The notes: generated by a model from the letters alone, not told the origin. A stretch of 64,000 nucleotides of DNA from Cyanobacteriota bacterium (GCA_050873965.1 JBNMJS010000002.1:6961-70960), one strand, 5' to 3'; shown: positions 1-9,652, counted from the first letter of the stretch. Translations and numbers: made by a program.

Positions 1-87
1 CCTTTGTTAGGTCAAGCAATTTCAAGAATCCACGATGATGAATCTATTAGTTCATTATTTGGTTTTGAAAAAGAAATGAAAGTATAA
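1..87 (+). CDS. 3' end of an unidentified protein-coding gene (partial, continues upstream of the window)
   Basis: Frame 1 is open from the window edge to TAA at 85-87 (...PLLGQAISRIHDDESISSLFGFEKEMKV*). A hairpin terminator follows. Product not recognised. Confidence 0.4.
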   Translation, partial: PLLGQAISRIHDDESISSLFGFEKEMKV

Positions 88-114
88 ATTTTAGATTGTA
101 AATTTTTGTTTAAT

Positions 115-157
115 AAAGCCTTCAAAAACGCAAAAAAATGTTCTTGAAGGCTTTTTA
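115..157 (+). terminator. Rho-independent terminator
   Basis: Stem AAGCCTTCAA / TTGAAGGCTT around an A-rich loop, followed by a T-run. Confidence 0.6.
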
Positions 158-192
158 TATTAGTGTGTGTAATTAATTTATAAAGGTATTAA

Positions 193-1146
193 ATGGTTGA
201 AAGTGTACCAAATTCAAATGTTCATTTGATGAATGCAAAACAGTTGCAATATATCAGACCAAATGATAAAAATGATAAGCCAAAAGTTTCTACAATGAGA
301 AAAATTACTGCAATTGCAAGTGGTGCTGTTGTAGGTTTATCGGGTACGGCTATTGTTGCTAATGATACATTTAAAAAGGTTTCACCACAAGAAGCAAAAG
401 ATATGGCACATTTTATGCAACATCTTTTGCCAAATGTTGAAACGGCAGAGCAAACAAATAAAAATATTGCTAAATTATTAAAAGATACAGGTTTAAAAGA
501 TAAAGGTGTAGAATTCTTATCAATCGCTACAGATGGTAGTAATAGTGATAAATTAAGAACAATTATAGATGAAAATGTTAAACCTACTAATTGGTTAATG
601 AAAAGATTAAATGCATCTAGTTTTAATATTTTTAATAAAGGTGGAAATGCTGCATTTGCTCCAGGTACTAATCATATTTTAGTACATGAAAACTTATGCA
701 GTACTGCTTATCATGAGCTAGGTCATGCATTGAATGCTAATGGAAATATTTTAACTAAAGGTTTACAAAAAGCTAGATGTCTTACTCCTGCTGGAATGTC
801 CATTGTTGCTCCATTAGTATTGGCAGTTGGTTTATTCCATAATGTTGATAAAACAAAACCAAATAGTGAAAAAGGATTTAAAGAAAAAACAGCAGATTTT
901 ATGAAAAACCATGCTGCGGCTCTTACTCTCGCTAGTTATGTACCTATGTTAGGTGAAGAAGCATTAGCAAGTATTAGAGGCGTGCGACAAGCAAGCAAAG
1001 TTGCATCTAAAGATGTTATAAAAGGTTTAATGAAGAATTATGTAAAAGCTTGGGGTACTTATGCTTTTGTTGCAGGTTTAGTAGCAGCTACAGTTGAAAT
1101 TGGTATTGCTATTTCGGATAAAATTAAACAGAAAAAATCTGCATAA
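193..1146 (+). CDS. Membrane protein with HExxH (HELGH) zinc-metallopeptidase motif, family unknown
   Basis: 317-aa ORF. It has a polar leader, a small-residue-rich TM (ITAIASGAVVGLSGTAIVA), then YHELGHAL followed by further hydrophobic segments. An M48/HtpX-like layout is only a guess. Confidence 0.6.
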   Translation: MVESVPNSNVHLMNAKQLQYIRPNDKNDKPKVSTMRKITAIASGAVVGLSGTAIVANDTFKKVSPQEAKDMAHFMQHLLPNVETAEQTNKNIAKLLKDTGLKDKGVEFLSIATDGSNSDKLRTIIDENVKPTNWLMKRLNASSFNIFNKGGNAAFAPGTNHILVHENLCSTAYHELGHALNANGNILTKGLQKARCLTPAGMSIVAPLVLAVGLFHNVDKTKPNSEKGFKEKTADFMKNHAAALTLASYVPMLGEEALASIRGVRQASKVASKDVIKGLMKNYVKAWGTYAFVAGLVAATVEIGIAISDKIKQKKSA

Positions 1147-1199
1147 TAATTACCCAACAGGGTAATAAAATTTTTTGAAAAATAAGTTATCATTAGATA

Positions 1200-1952
1200 A
1201 TGCAATGTGAATATCAGACAAAAGAGGAACTCATTGCGGAATTAGAGCGATTGAAGACTATCAATGAAGAATTAAGAATGGAAAAGTCTCAGATTTGGGA
1301 TATGGTTAAGGTCTTAATTACAAAAATTTCGCATGAATTTAAAACACCACTAAATTCAATAATTGGTTTTACAGAACTTTTGAAGTATCAAACAAAGGAT
1401 GTTAAACAACGAGATTATATTGATACTATTTCTATGAGTTCTCAGTTTATGTTGTCTTTGATTAGAGATATTTTAGATGTTACTCGTTCTCAGTATAAGC
1501 CGTTAGAGTTATCATATAGTATCTTTAATGTTAAAAATGTTATTGAAGATATTATCAAATGTTTTAATAATGAAAATATCAAATATACTTTAATAAATAT
1601 GAATATTTGTGCTGATTATACAAGGTTTAAACAGTTAGTTTATAATTTGATTTCTAATGCTTTAAAATTTAATAGGGCTGGCATGCAAATTAGTATTATT
1701 ACTTATTGTGATAAAGATTTTTTCTATTTTGATATAACTGATTGTGGAAAAGGTATTCCAAAAGAAAATTATGAAAAAATCTTTGAATTTTTTGCTGATG
1801 TTTCTAATGATAAATTTAGAAGACAAATGAGTTCTGGTATAGGTTTATCTTTATGTAAGTCAATTGCAGAATCACATAAGGGTAAGATATTTGTTTCGTC
1901 TGAATTAAATACTGGTTCGACATTTACTTTCAAGATTCCAATAAATATGTAA
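1200..1952 (+). CDS. Soluble orphan sensor histidine kinase (HisKA + HATPase_c)
   Basis: H-box SHEFKTPLNSIIGF, N-box NALKFN, G-boxes DCGKGIP and SGIGLSLCK. Only an N-terminal coiled coil is present, with no TM or sensor domain and no adjacent response regulator. Confidence 0.85.
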   Translation: MQCEYQTKEELIAELERLKTINEELRMEKSQIWDMVKVLITKISHEFKTPLNSIIGFTELLKYQTKDVKQRDYIDTISMSSQFMLSLIRDILDVTRSQYKPLELSYSIFNVKNVIEDIIKCFNNENIKYTLINMNICADYTRFKQLVYNLISNALKFNRAGMQISIITYCDKDFFYFDITDCGKGIPKENYEKIFEFFADVSNDKFRRQMSSGIGLSLCKSIAESHKGKIFVSSELNTGSTFTFKIPINM

Positions 1953-1968
1953 AAATCTTTTTTATTAT

Positions 1969-3156
1969 ATGCTAAACTTGTATAAGAGGTGTGTTAGTTT
2001 GGATAAAAGAAAATTATTAGTTACTATATTATCTATACTTGGTATTTTAACAACAATAAAGTTGGCGATTATATATTATCAATCAAATTATAATCCTTAT
2101 GCAGAACCAAGTTTTTGTTCTATAAATAGTTTTGTTGATTGTGATGCTGTAGCACAAACTTCTAAATCTAATTTTTTAGGTATTCCTTTGGCGTATTGGG
2201 GAATGTTTTTATATTCATTTATTCTGATGCTATTGAATGTTGAAAAAATACAAAATATTAAAGGTTTTGGTTTATTAAAAGTTTTTAAAAATCCTATGTC
2301 ATATATTTCAGCATTAGGATTAATATCTTTTTGTATTTCTATATCATTAGCAATAACAAGTATTTTTTATTTGAATAAAATTTGTATTTTGTGCTTTGTT
2401 ACTTATTTTATTGATTTAGCAATAAGTATTATATCGACAGATTTTAATAATGGTGGATTTAAAAAGAGTTTTGCAGAAAGTTTTAATGATTTTGTTGTTG
2501 GGGTGAAAGAATATACTTTACCATTTATAATTGCAGTTATATTAGCAAGTATATTTTTATCTTATACAACTATTTGTATGCCATTTGCATCAAGAAAACA
2601 ATCAATTAAGCATTATATGCTAATGAAGCATAATCCATATAAAGTATCAGGTAATGTGCTAGGCAATAAAAATGGAAAAATTGTAGCGAATGTTTATACA
2701 GACTTTGTGTGTCCTGTTTGTTATTCATACAATATAATGTTGCATAAAATTGTTAAAGAAAATAAAGATGTACATATTATTCATCATAATTTGCCATTAG
2801 ATACAGAATGTAATCCATATTTAGAGCAACAAATGCATTCAGGTGCTTGTCGTATGGCGAGATATGCTATTGCAGCAGAAAATCAAGGGAAATATTGGGA
2901 TATGGCAAATGCTATTTTTGAAAGTAAACCAAAGAATGATAAAGAAGCAGTAGAATTGGCACTAACATTAAATCTAAATATAGAAAGATTTTTAGCAGAT
3001 ATAAATTCAAAAGAAACAAAAAATAAATTACAAAATGAAATTGATACTGCGATAGGCGAAGGGGTTGATGGAACGCCTACGTTAAGAATAAAAGATAAAT
3101 CTTATCACGGTGCAAAACCTTATTTCGAATTAAAAAGAATTATTTTAGAGGATTAG
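1969..3156 (+). CDS. VKOR-family thiol oxidoreductase fused to a thioredoxin/DsbA-like domain
   Basis: Multi-TM N-terminal half with VKOR-type Cys pairs (FCS..VDCD loop, CILC within a TM). The C-terminal soluble domain carries CPVC. Confidence 0.75.
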   Translation: MLNLYKRCVSLDKRKLLVTILSILGILTTIKLAIIYYQSNYNPYAEPSFCSINSFVDCDAVAQTSKSNFLGIPLAYWGMFLYSFILMLLNVEKIQNIKGFGLLKVFKNPMSYISALGLISFCISISLAITSIFYLNKICILCFVTYFIDLAISIISTDFNNGGFKKSFAESFNDFVVGVKEYTLPFIIAVILASIFLSYTTICMPFASRKQSIKHYMLMKHNPYKVSGNVLGNKNGKIVANVYTDFVCPVCYSYNIMLHKIVKENKDVHIIHHNLPLDTECNPYLEQQMHSGACRMARYAIAAENQGKYWDMANAIFESKPKNDKEAVELALTLNLNIERFLADINSKETKNKLQNEIDTAIGEGVDGTPTLRIKDKSYHGAKPYFELKRIILED

Positions 3157-3157
3157 T

Positions 3158-3700
3158 ATGGAAAAAGTTTTGTTACACGCTTGTTGTGGAATATGTTCAG
3201 GGCAACCTATTAAACATTTAGAAGAAATTGGTTATGATGTTATCGTATATTTTTCTAATAACAATTTGGATACAGAAGAAGAATATAATAGACGCCTTGA
3301 AGCAGAAAGAACGTTGTGCAAATTTTTAGGAAAAGAATTGCTAGTAGCACCTTATGAAAGTGAAAAGTACCATCAATATGTGAAAGGTTTGGAAAATGAA
3401 CCTGAACGAGGCAAAAGATGTCTTAAATGTTTTGAATATAGATTGATTGATACTGCAAAAAAGGCTGTAGAACTTGGTATCAAAAATATAACAACATCAA
3501 TGATTATAAGTCCTCATAAAAATTTTAAAGTGTTAAGTGAAATTGGAAAAGAGATTGCAGAAGAATATGGTTTAAAATTTTTAGATATTGATTTTAAGAA
3601 AAAAGATGGCTTTTTGAAAACGAATAAAATTGCAAATAGTTTAAACTTATATAGACAGAATTATTGTGGTTGTATATATGCAAAAAGGAAAGAGGTTTAA
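3158..3700 (+). CDS. queH: Epoxyqueuosine reductase QueH (DUF208)
   Basis: About 180 aa with the N-terminal HACCGICS and C-terminal YCGCIYA cysteine clusters typical of QueH. Confidence 0.85.
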   Translation: MEKVLLHACCGICSGQPIKHLEEIGYDVIVYFSNNNLDTEEEYNRRLEAERTLCKFLGKELLVAPYESEKYHQYVKGLENEPERGKRCLKCFEYRLIDTAKKAVELGIKNITTSMIISPHKNFKVLSEIGKEIAEEYGLKFLDIDFKKKDGFLKTNKIANSLNLYRQNYCGCIYAKRKEV

Positions 3701-3702
3701 TA

Positions 3703-3909
3703 ATGGAATGTAAAAGAGAAGAAAATAAAATAGGGTGTGGGTGTACATATACATCTTGTGGTAATAGAGGTATTTGCTGTGATTGTGTAAGACATCATAG
3801 AGAAAATAATGAAATTCCTGGTTGCTTTTTTACTGCTGCAGGTGAACTAACTTATGACCGTTCAGTTAAAAATTTCGTTACTATAATGAAAGATAAGTAT
3901 AATTTATAA
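3703..3909 (+). CDS. Small Cys-rich protein (DUF6485-like)
   Basis: The ORF-track start at 3664 overlaps queH. ATG 3703 (MECKREEN...) sits 2 nt after the queH stop, behind AGGAAAGAGG. The 68-aa product has 8 Cys (CGCTYTSCGNRGICCDCVRHH...GCFF). Confidence 0.6.
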   Translation: MECKREENKIGCGCTYTSCGNRGICCDCVRHHRENNEIPGCFFTAAGELTYDRSVKNFVTIMKDKYNL

Positions 3910-3911
3910 TT

Positions 3912-3942
3912 AAAAAGGTAGAGTTTAAACTCTACCTTTTTT
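3912..3942. terminator. Bidirectional hairpin terminator between convergent genes
   Basis: GGTAGAG-TTTAAA-CTCTACC flanked by an A-run on the left and a T-run on the right. Confidence 0.6.
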
Positions 3943-3951
3943 GATATGTGT

Positions 3952-4338
3952 TTACCAAACAACTTTTTCTATAAGTTCTATTTCATTGCCATCTGGATCT
4001 TTTACGAAAGCAATTTTAGAACCTTTACCATTTAAGTCGAATGGTTCGTATAAATACTCATAACCAAGTGAATGAAGTTTTTTTGTAAATTCATCTAATG
4101 AATCACAAGCAAAACCAAAATGTCCAAAGTTTTCACCTGTTTTGTATCCATTTTCAGGTGTTTCATCATTGTATGTTAATTCTATTTGAACAGAGTTGCT
4201 TTCATCTGTTAAAAAATACAATTCACAATCTTCAAGTCTTTTTTTGTGGTCTAGTTTCATATTTAAAAGTTCTGTATAAAACTTTAATGAAGCATCAATA
4301 TCTTTTACTCTAATCATAGAATGTAAAAATTTAATCAT
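3952..4338 (-). CDS. gloA: Lactoylglutathione lyase (glyoxalase I, VOC family)
   Basis: 128 aa, collinear with E. coli GloA as I remember it. Matching blocks are the LHSMIRVKD start, IELTYN, GHFGF and DPDGNEIELIE. Confidence 0.75.
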   Translation of the reverse strand: MIKFLHSMIRVKDIDASLKFYTELLNMKLDHKKRLEDCELYFLTDESNSVQIELTYNDETPENGYKTGENFGHFGFACDSLDEFTKKLHSLGYEYLYEPFDLNGKGSKIAFVKDPDGNEIELIEKVVW

Positions 4339-4350
4339 AATATATTACTC

Positions 4351-4833
4351 CTAATTTTTGTACATTATAACTACTGCATTCGTTTCAATTGCTAATTTTT
4401 CGCCAACTGCATCTAGTTTTTCTTTAGTTTTTGCTTTTACTGAAATATTTTCAATCTCCATATTCATTACTTCTGCAAGTCGTTTTTTTATACTTGGAAT
4501 ATGTGGCATCATTTTAGGTGCTTGTGCAATTATATTAGAATCAATATTACCAATTTTATATCCTTTTGAACGTACTAATTCACAAACATTTTCTAATAAT
4601 TTTGTACTATCTGCACCTTTGTATTTTTCGTCTGTATCAGGGAATAAAGTTCCAATATCAGGTAATGCTAATGCTCCTAATAAAGCATCAATTATTGCGT
4701 GAATCAAAACATCTGCATCTGAATGTCCAAGTAATCCTTTTTCATAAGGTATTTTTACACCACCTATAATCAAATCTCTATCTTCTACTAGTTTATGAAT
4801 ATCATAACCAATACCAATTCTATATGGTAACAT
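4351..4833 (-). CDS. ispF: 2-C-methyl-D-erythritol 2,4-cyclodiphosphate synthase
   Basis: [11 protein letters not shown] and [19 protein letters not shown] signatures, 160 aa. Confidence 0.9.
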   Translation of the reverse strand: MLPYRIGIGYDIHKLVEDRDLIIGGVKIPYEKGLLGHSDADVLIHAIIDALLGALALPDIGTLFPDTDEKYKGADSTKLLENVCELVRSKGYKIGNIDSNIIAQAPKMMPHIPSIKKRLAEVMNMEIENISVKAKTKEKLDAVGEKLAIETNAVVIMYKN

Positions 4834-4843
4834 TATTATCTCC

Positions 4844-5632
4844 TTATAAAACGAATTTGTTTATTGCTTTTACAAAACCATCATTATCTACACTATCTGT
4901 AATATAGTCTGCATATTGTTTAAGTGTATCAGTTCCATTTAGCATAGCAACGCTTATTCCACCTGCTTTTAACAATTCTATATCATTGTCTTGGTCGCCA
5001 ATTGTTAGAATTTCTTCATTTTTTAGGTTCCAATATTTTTCTAAGAATTTAACAGCACAAGCTTTTGTTGCTTCATTTGTTGAAAATTCACAAAAATATG
5101 GAGTTGATTTTACTATGTGTAAGTTTGGATATTTTTTTGACATAGTATTAACCCAGTCTGTAACACGGTCTTTGTCATTATAATCAATTGCTAATAACTT
5201 GTTAATTCTATTCATTGGAATTTCTGAAAAATCCTTTACATTGTAATCTAATTCTTGATATTCAGCATATCTTTTGATTTCATCATCATCTTTTTCAGAA
5301 TATAATGTATCATTTGTGTATAAGTTTAAATGTACATTATTTTCATTTGCCCAAGAAATTATTTCTTTTGCAATATTTTCTGGTAAAAATTTTTCATATA
5401 AAACTGTACCGTCAAAGTCTTTGATTAAACCACCTTGATATGAAACAACTGGAGTTGTTAGGTTCAATCTTTTTGCAATTTTTTTTGCACCAGCATGCAT
5501 TCTACCAGTTACAATAACAACTTTGATGCCTTTTTCTTGAAGTGTTTTAATGCAATCTTTTACACCTTGTGTAAATTCGCCTGATTTACCTAAAATTGTT
5601 CCATCAATGTCTGTTGCTACTAATTTAATCAT
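4844..5632 (-). CDS. Cof-type HAD-IIB phosphatase
   Basis: N-terminal ATDIDGTIL motif, C-terminal [10 protein letters not shown] motif and a cap domain of Cof size (262 aa). Confidence 0.85.
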   Translation of the reverse strand: MIKLVATDIDGTILGKSGEFTQGVKDCIKTLQEKGIKVVIVTGRMHAGAKKIAKRLNLTTPVVSYQGGLIKDFDGTVLYEKFLPENIAKEIISWANENNVHLNLYTNDTLYSEKDDDEIKRYAEYQELDYNVKDFSEIPMNRINKLLAIDYNDKDRVTDWVNTMSKKYPNLHIVKSTPYFCEFSTNEATKACAVKFLEKYWNLKNEEILTIGDQDNDIELLKAGGISVAMLNGTDTLKQYADYITDSVDNDGFVKAINKFVL

Positions 5633-6158
5633 ATAAATACTTTCTTGCTCTCAATATTGCACATAATGTTTTAGAATCATTGATAGTGCCATTGTCTATC
5701 ATTTCTAAAAGTTCTTGAATTGTATATCTATTATTTTCAAGTATTTCATCTTCGTCAGGATTTTCTTTTTTGAAAGTTAAATCTTGTGCTAGATATAAAT
5801 GTAATTTTTCATCACAGAATCCTGGTGATGTATATATATAACCTAATGATGTCCAGTTTTTTGCGACAAAACCTGTTTCTTCTTCTAATTCTCTTTTTGC
5901 TGCAAAATCTGGATTTTCACCTTTTTCTAATTTTCCAGCAGGTAATTCAATAGATGTGTTAGAAATAGGGTACCTATATTGTTTAACAGTCAATATTTTG
6001 TTATCTTTGATTGCAAGTATAACTACTCCACCTGAGTGTTCAACAACTTCTCTAATAGATTTGTGACCGTTTGAAACAAGGATATCATCTCTTTTTACAT
6101 CTATAACTTTACCCTTGAATACGTATTCCGATGATAATGTTTTTTCTGTAAATTCCAT
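5625..6158 (-). CDS. NUDIX hydrolase, ADP-ribose pyrophosphatase-like
   Basis: Nudix box GKLEKGENPDFAAKRELEEETG preceded by QYRYP...ELPAG. Overlaps the downstream HAD gene by 8 nt. Confidence 0.8.
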   Translation of the reverse strand: MEFTEKTLSSEYVFKGKVIDVKRDDILVSNGHKSIREVVEHSGGVVILAIKDNKILTVKQYRYPISNTSIELPAGKLEKGENPDFAAKRELEEETGFVAKNWTSLGYIYTSPGFCDEKLHLYLAQDLTFKKENPDEDEILENNRYTIQELLEMIDNGTINDSKTLCAILRARKYLYD

Positions 6159-6202
6159 AGTTTTATACTAGCATAATCTTGTTAATTTTTCACTTAATTT
6201 TA

Positions 6203-6231
6203 TTGTGAATGTAAAAAAAATATGGTATATT
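6203..6231 (+). promoter_or_regulatory. Sigma-70-like promoter of the hydrogenase cluster
   Basis: TTGTGA, 17-nt spacer, then TATATT preceded by TGg (extended -10). It lies inside the ORF-track 5' extension of the first gene. Confidence 0.4.
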
Positions 6232-6267
6232 AGTCTTATAATTATTGTTTTGGAGTTCTTAAATATA

Positions 6268-6498
6268 ATGGTATCGGAAATAAAAATTTGCATGGGCAGT
6301 GCGTGTTTTGCAAAAGGTAATCAAGATAATTTAGTGTTTATAAAGAAATATATTGAAGAACATAATTTAGAATCTAAAATACATTTAATCGGTGGGTTAT
6401 GCGAAAATCAATGTGCAAATGGCCCTAGAATTATTGTAGATGGTGTTGCATATAACAATGTGACAAAAGAGAAAATATTAGAAATATTGAAAGGTTAA
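6268..6498 (+). CDS. Thioredoxin-like [2Fe-2S] ferredoxin (NuoE/HndA-like)
   Basis: Cys pattern C-x4-C (CMGSAC) ... C-x3-C (CENQC). ATG 6268 is preferred over the GTG at 6205 because the predicted promoter lies within the extension. Confidence 0.7.
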   Translation: MVSEIKICMGSACFAKGNQDNLVFIKKYIEEHNLESKIHLIGGLCENQCANGPRIIVDGVAYNNVTKEKILEILKG

Positions 6499-6500
6499 TT

Positions 6501-8225
6501 ATGAACAAGTTGTATCCTGTTTATACATTAAAGAATGAATGTCACGATTGTTATAAATGTATTAGAGAATGTCATATAAAGGCTATAAAAATACAAGGTG
6601 GAAGTGCTTCAGTTATCAATGACAAGTGTATTGCATGTGGTCATTGTGTTACAGTTTGTCCTGCTGGAGCAAAAAGAGTTCGTAATGATATAGAAAAAGT
6701 TAAAATCGCTTTAATTGAAAATAAAAAAATATATGTGTCATTAGCACCTAGTTGGGCAGGTGTTTATGATGTATCAAAAGAACAAATGATTACGTCATTG
6801 AAAAAATTAGGTTTTAGTGCTGTTAGTGAAACTGCATTAGGTGCTCAAGAAGTCTCTATTGAGGTTGCTAATATATTGAATAATAGCGAAAAAGGTCTTT
6901 TTATATCGTCTGCTTGTCCAGTTATTGATGATTATATAAGGCTATATAAACCTGAGTTTGTATCAAGTATAGTACCGGTTGCTTCACCGGCTCTTACACA
7001 TGCAAAACTTTTAAAAGAAACTTATGGTGATGATATTGAAGTTGTTTTCATTGGTCCTTGTATCGCAAAGAAAAATGAAGCAGATGAAAATCCAGATTTG
7101 TTGTTAGCATCATTAACGTTTGATGAATTAAATTATTGGTTTAGAGAAGAATTTATTGATATAGAAAATATTAAAACCGATGATGATGCAATGTTTGTTC
7201 CTGAACATTCTTATGAGGGTGCGTTGTATCCGATAGAGGGTGGAATGGCTGAAACTATAAAATTGGTAGGAATAAAAAATAATGATGTGACATTTATCAA
7301 TGTTAGTTCTTTAGAGTCTTTTGACAAAGCTTTAAATGGTATTAAACCTAATGAGATTAAAAATAAAATATTTGTTGAAGCATTGGGTTGTTCAGGTGGT
7401 TGTATAAATGGCCCTTGTATATCTGCAGATAAATCAAGAATTTTAATTACATCTGATATTTATTCAAATACTGAATATAGGGAAAATATCCCAACAGAAG
7501 CAAAGACTGTTGTAAAAAAAGAATACATTGCAAAACCTGTAAAAAAAGAAGAATATACAATGGAACAAATTACTCGAGCATTACAAAAAATCAGTAAGCA
7601 TAATGCTTCAGATGAATTGAATTGTGGTGGTTGTGGATATTCTACTTGTAGAGATTTTGTTAATGCTTTAATTGCAGGTGATGCAGAATCTTCAATGTGC
7701 GTTTCGTATATGCGTAAAATAGCCGTTAGAAAAGCGTCTGCTATGTTACGTTGTATGCCGTCTGCTGTGGTTATGGTTGATTCAAAATTAGAAGTATTAG
7801 AAGCAAATGATTCCTTTATGCAAATGTTTTGTGGTGATATGTATGAAATTTTTGCAAACCGTCAAGAAGGTTTGGCAGGTGCATCTATTGAACGTTTAGT
7901 CCCATTTAGTGAGTTATTTAAATCTTCGCTAGATACTGGTAAAGACATTCATCAAGAACATTACAGTATTGGTGACAAGTTGTTTGACATAACAATATTT
8001 ACGATAGAATTTGGTGAAATTGTTGGTGCCGTAATTACAGATGTTACAAAATCAGAATTAGATAGAAGTAAAATCGCTAAGCGTGCTAGAGATGTTATTA
8101 CAAAAAATATTGCAACTGTACAAGAGATTGCCAGTCTTTTGGGTGAACACATGGTTGAAACCGAATTATTGCTTAATTCTATAGCAGAAGGGTTTGATGT
8201 GAATTCTAATGAGGATAAAAAATAA
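6501..8225 (+). CDS. hydS: Sensory [FeFe]-hydrogenase-like protein (HydS / group C type) with C-terminal Cys cluster and PAS-like domain
   Basis: Two N-terminal 4Fe-4S ferredoxin motifs (CxxCxxCxxxCP). H-cluster motifs are SSACP, GPCIAKKNE and GCSGGCINGP, followed by CGGCGYSTC and a PAS-like tail. Confidence 0.8.
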   Translation: MNKLYPVYTLKNECHDCYKCIRECHIKAIKIQGGSASVINDKCIACGHCVTVCPAGAKRVRNDIEKVKIALIENKKIYVSLAPSWAGVYDVSKEQMITSLKKLGFSAVSETALGAQEVSIEVANILNNSEKGLFISSACPVIDDYIRLYKPEFVSSIVPVASPALTHAKLLKETYGDDIEVVFIGPCIAKKNEADENPDLLLASLTFDELNYWFREEFIDIENIKTDDDAMFVPEHSYEGALYPIEGGMAETIKLVGIKNNDVTFINVSSLESFDKALNGIKPNEIKNKIFVEALGCSGGCINGPCISADKSRILITSDIYSNTEYRENIPTEAKTVVKKEYIAKPVKKEEYTMEQITRALQKISKHNASDELNCGGCGYSTCRDFVNALIAGDAESSMCVSYMRKIAVRKASAMLRCMPSAVVMVDSKLEVLEANDSFMQMFCGDMYEIFANRQEGLAGASIERLVPFSELFKSSLDTGKDIHQEHYSIGDKLFDITIFTIEFGEIVGAVITDVTKSELDRSKIAKRARDVITKNIATVQEIASLLGEHMVETELLLNSIAEGFDVNSNEDKK

Positions 8226-8227
8226 AA

Positions 8228-9385
8228 ATGTTTATTGATATAGATTGTTCTCAAAAGAAAAAATATAATCAAAATGCTTATGGCGATTTCTTTAAATCAG
8301 AACGTTTCCCTGATATGAATAGACTCGTAGCCGTACTATCAGATGGACTTGGTAGTGGTATTAAAGCAGATATTCTGGCATGTATGACCTCAACAATGTT
8401 GTTGAAGTTTTTGAAAGAAAATGCTGATATTGAAAAATCTTGTGAAATTATAATGAATTCATTACCAGTTTGCAAGGTGCGTGGAATTAGTTATTCTACG
8501 TTTTCTGCAATTGATTGTTATGATGATGGAAAAGCAACTATTGTAGAAGAAGGTAATCCTGATTTTATTTGGATTAGAGATGGTGAAGTCTTAAAACCTG
8601 AATGTACAATTATTGAATCTAAAAATTTTAAAAATAGAAAAATGAGAGTTTATGATATTAAACTTGAATTGAACGATAGAATTATTTTTTGTTCTGATGG
8701 TGCAACTCAAGTCGCAATGGGTACAAAATCATATCCATTAGGATTGGAGAGAGAAGGACTTATAAATATTATTCTTTCTAAATTAAAAATGGATAAAAAT
8801 ATTTCATCAAGAGAACTAAGTAATTATTTAGTAAAACAAATAGAATTGATTGCTCCTGAAAAGAAATTGTTAGATGATACATCAATTGTTTCAATTTATT
8901 GTAGAGAACCTAGAGAATCATTGGTATTTACTGGTCCACCATATCACATGGAAAAAGATAACTATTATGCAAATACTTTTAAAAATTTTAAAGGTAAAAA
9001 AGCAATTGCTGGTGGTACAACGGCAAATATTATTTCTAGAGAATTAAATATTCCGGTTAAAACTGATTTATCGTTAAATGTAGGTAATCTTCCTGGTATA
9101 TATTGTATGGAAGGTGTTGATTTGGTAACAGAGGGAATTTTAACACTCACAAAAACAATGGAATATTTGGAAGATAATAATTATCAAAATGATGCAGCAG
9201 GTAAATTGATGAAATTTATGCTTGATAGTGATTGTATAAGTTTTTTAGTCGGTGCTCAATTAAATCAGGCACATTATGATCCTAATTTGCCAATTGAAAT
9301 TGAGATTAGAAAAAATATTGTTAGAAAAATAGCAAAAATATTAGAAGATAAATATTTGAAGAAAGTTAAAGTACAATTTGTTTGA
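8228..9385 (+). CDS. PP2C-family (SpoIIE/RsbU-type) serine phosphatase with extra C-terminal domain
   Basis: Motifs YGDFF...VLSDGLGSGIKA, FCSDGATQ and LLDDTSIV. Starts 2 nt after the hydS stop. Confidence 0.7.
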   Translation: MFIDIDCSQKKKYNQNAYGDFFKSERFPDMNRLVAVLSDGLGSGIKADILACMTSTMLLKFLKENADIEKSCEIIMNSLPVCKVRGISYSTFSAIDCYDDGKATIVEEGNPDFIWIRDGEVLKPECTIIESKNFKNRKMRVYDIKLELNDRIIFCSDGATQVAMGTKSYPLGLEREGLINIILSKLKMDKNISSRELSNYLVKQIELIAPEKKLLDDTSIVSIYCREPRESLVFTGPPYHMEKDNYYANTFKNFKGKKAIAGGTTANIISRELNIPVKTDLSLNVGNLPGIYCMEGVDLVTEGILTLTKTMEYLEDNNYQNDAAGKLMKFMLDSDCISFLVGAQLNQAHYDPNLPIEIEIRKNIVRKIAKILEDKYLKKVKVQFV

Positions 9386-9394
9386 GGTATTCGT

Positions 9395-9652
9395 ATGGAA
9401 AAAATTACAGTTAAAATTTGTTCAGGAACAACCTGTTTCGTTATGGGTGGCAATTATCTAAATGATGTTGCAGAGATGATTGAAGCAAAATATGGTGATA
9501 AAGTAGAGGTTTTAGGTAGTCCATGCTTAGAACAATGCTCAAATTCTCATTCAAAAGCACCATTTGCAAAGATTGATGATGATATAATATCAGAAGTGAC
9601 ACCTGAAAAAATTATGATTGAATTAGAAAAGAGGTTTGAAGCAAATGAGTAA
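9395..9652 (+). CDS. Thioredoxin-like [2Fe-2S] ferredoxin (second copy)
   Basis: CSGTTC ... CLEQC gives the same C-x4-C/C-x3-C pattern as the 6268 gene. Confidence 0.7.
   Translation: MEKITVKICSGTTCFVMGGNYLNDVAEMIEAKYGDKVEVLGSPCLEQCSNSHSKAPFAKIDDDIISEVTPEKIMIELEKRFEANE

Noticed and set aside
4098-4769. Antisense ORFs inside gloA and ispF. The same class occurs at 7961-8272, 10050-10385, 10709-11026, 12625-13437, 13473-13776, 14333-14711, 15358-15639, 17404-17784, 20669-21076, 24187-24810, 34294-34641, 35468-35791, 36063-36470, 37581-38480, 39365-40433, 47022-47216, 49268-49453, 52889-53296, 53678-54297, 55887-57155 and 58392-59313.
   Set aside because: All lie opposite long ORFs with clear homology or motif support. 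They encode Phe/Leu/Ile/Ser-rich low-complexity peptides, as expected from reading AT-rich coding DNA backwards, and have no SD.
6205-6267. N-terminal extensions offered by the ORF track here, and likewise at 3664-3702, 14999-15022, 25770-25811, 32564-32635, 49531-49572 and 9636-9644
   Set aside because: The downstream starts have better Shine-Dalgarno spacing. They give a signal peptide or match the paralogue's N-terminus, or the extension overlaps a promoter or the upstream gene.
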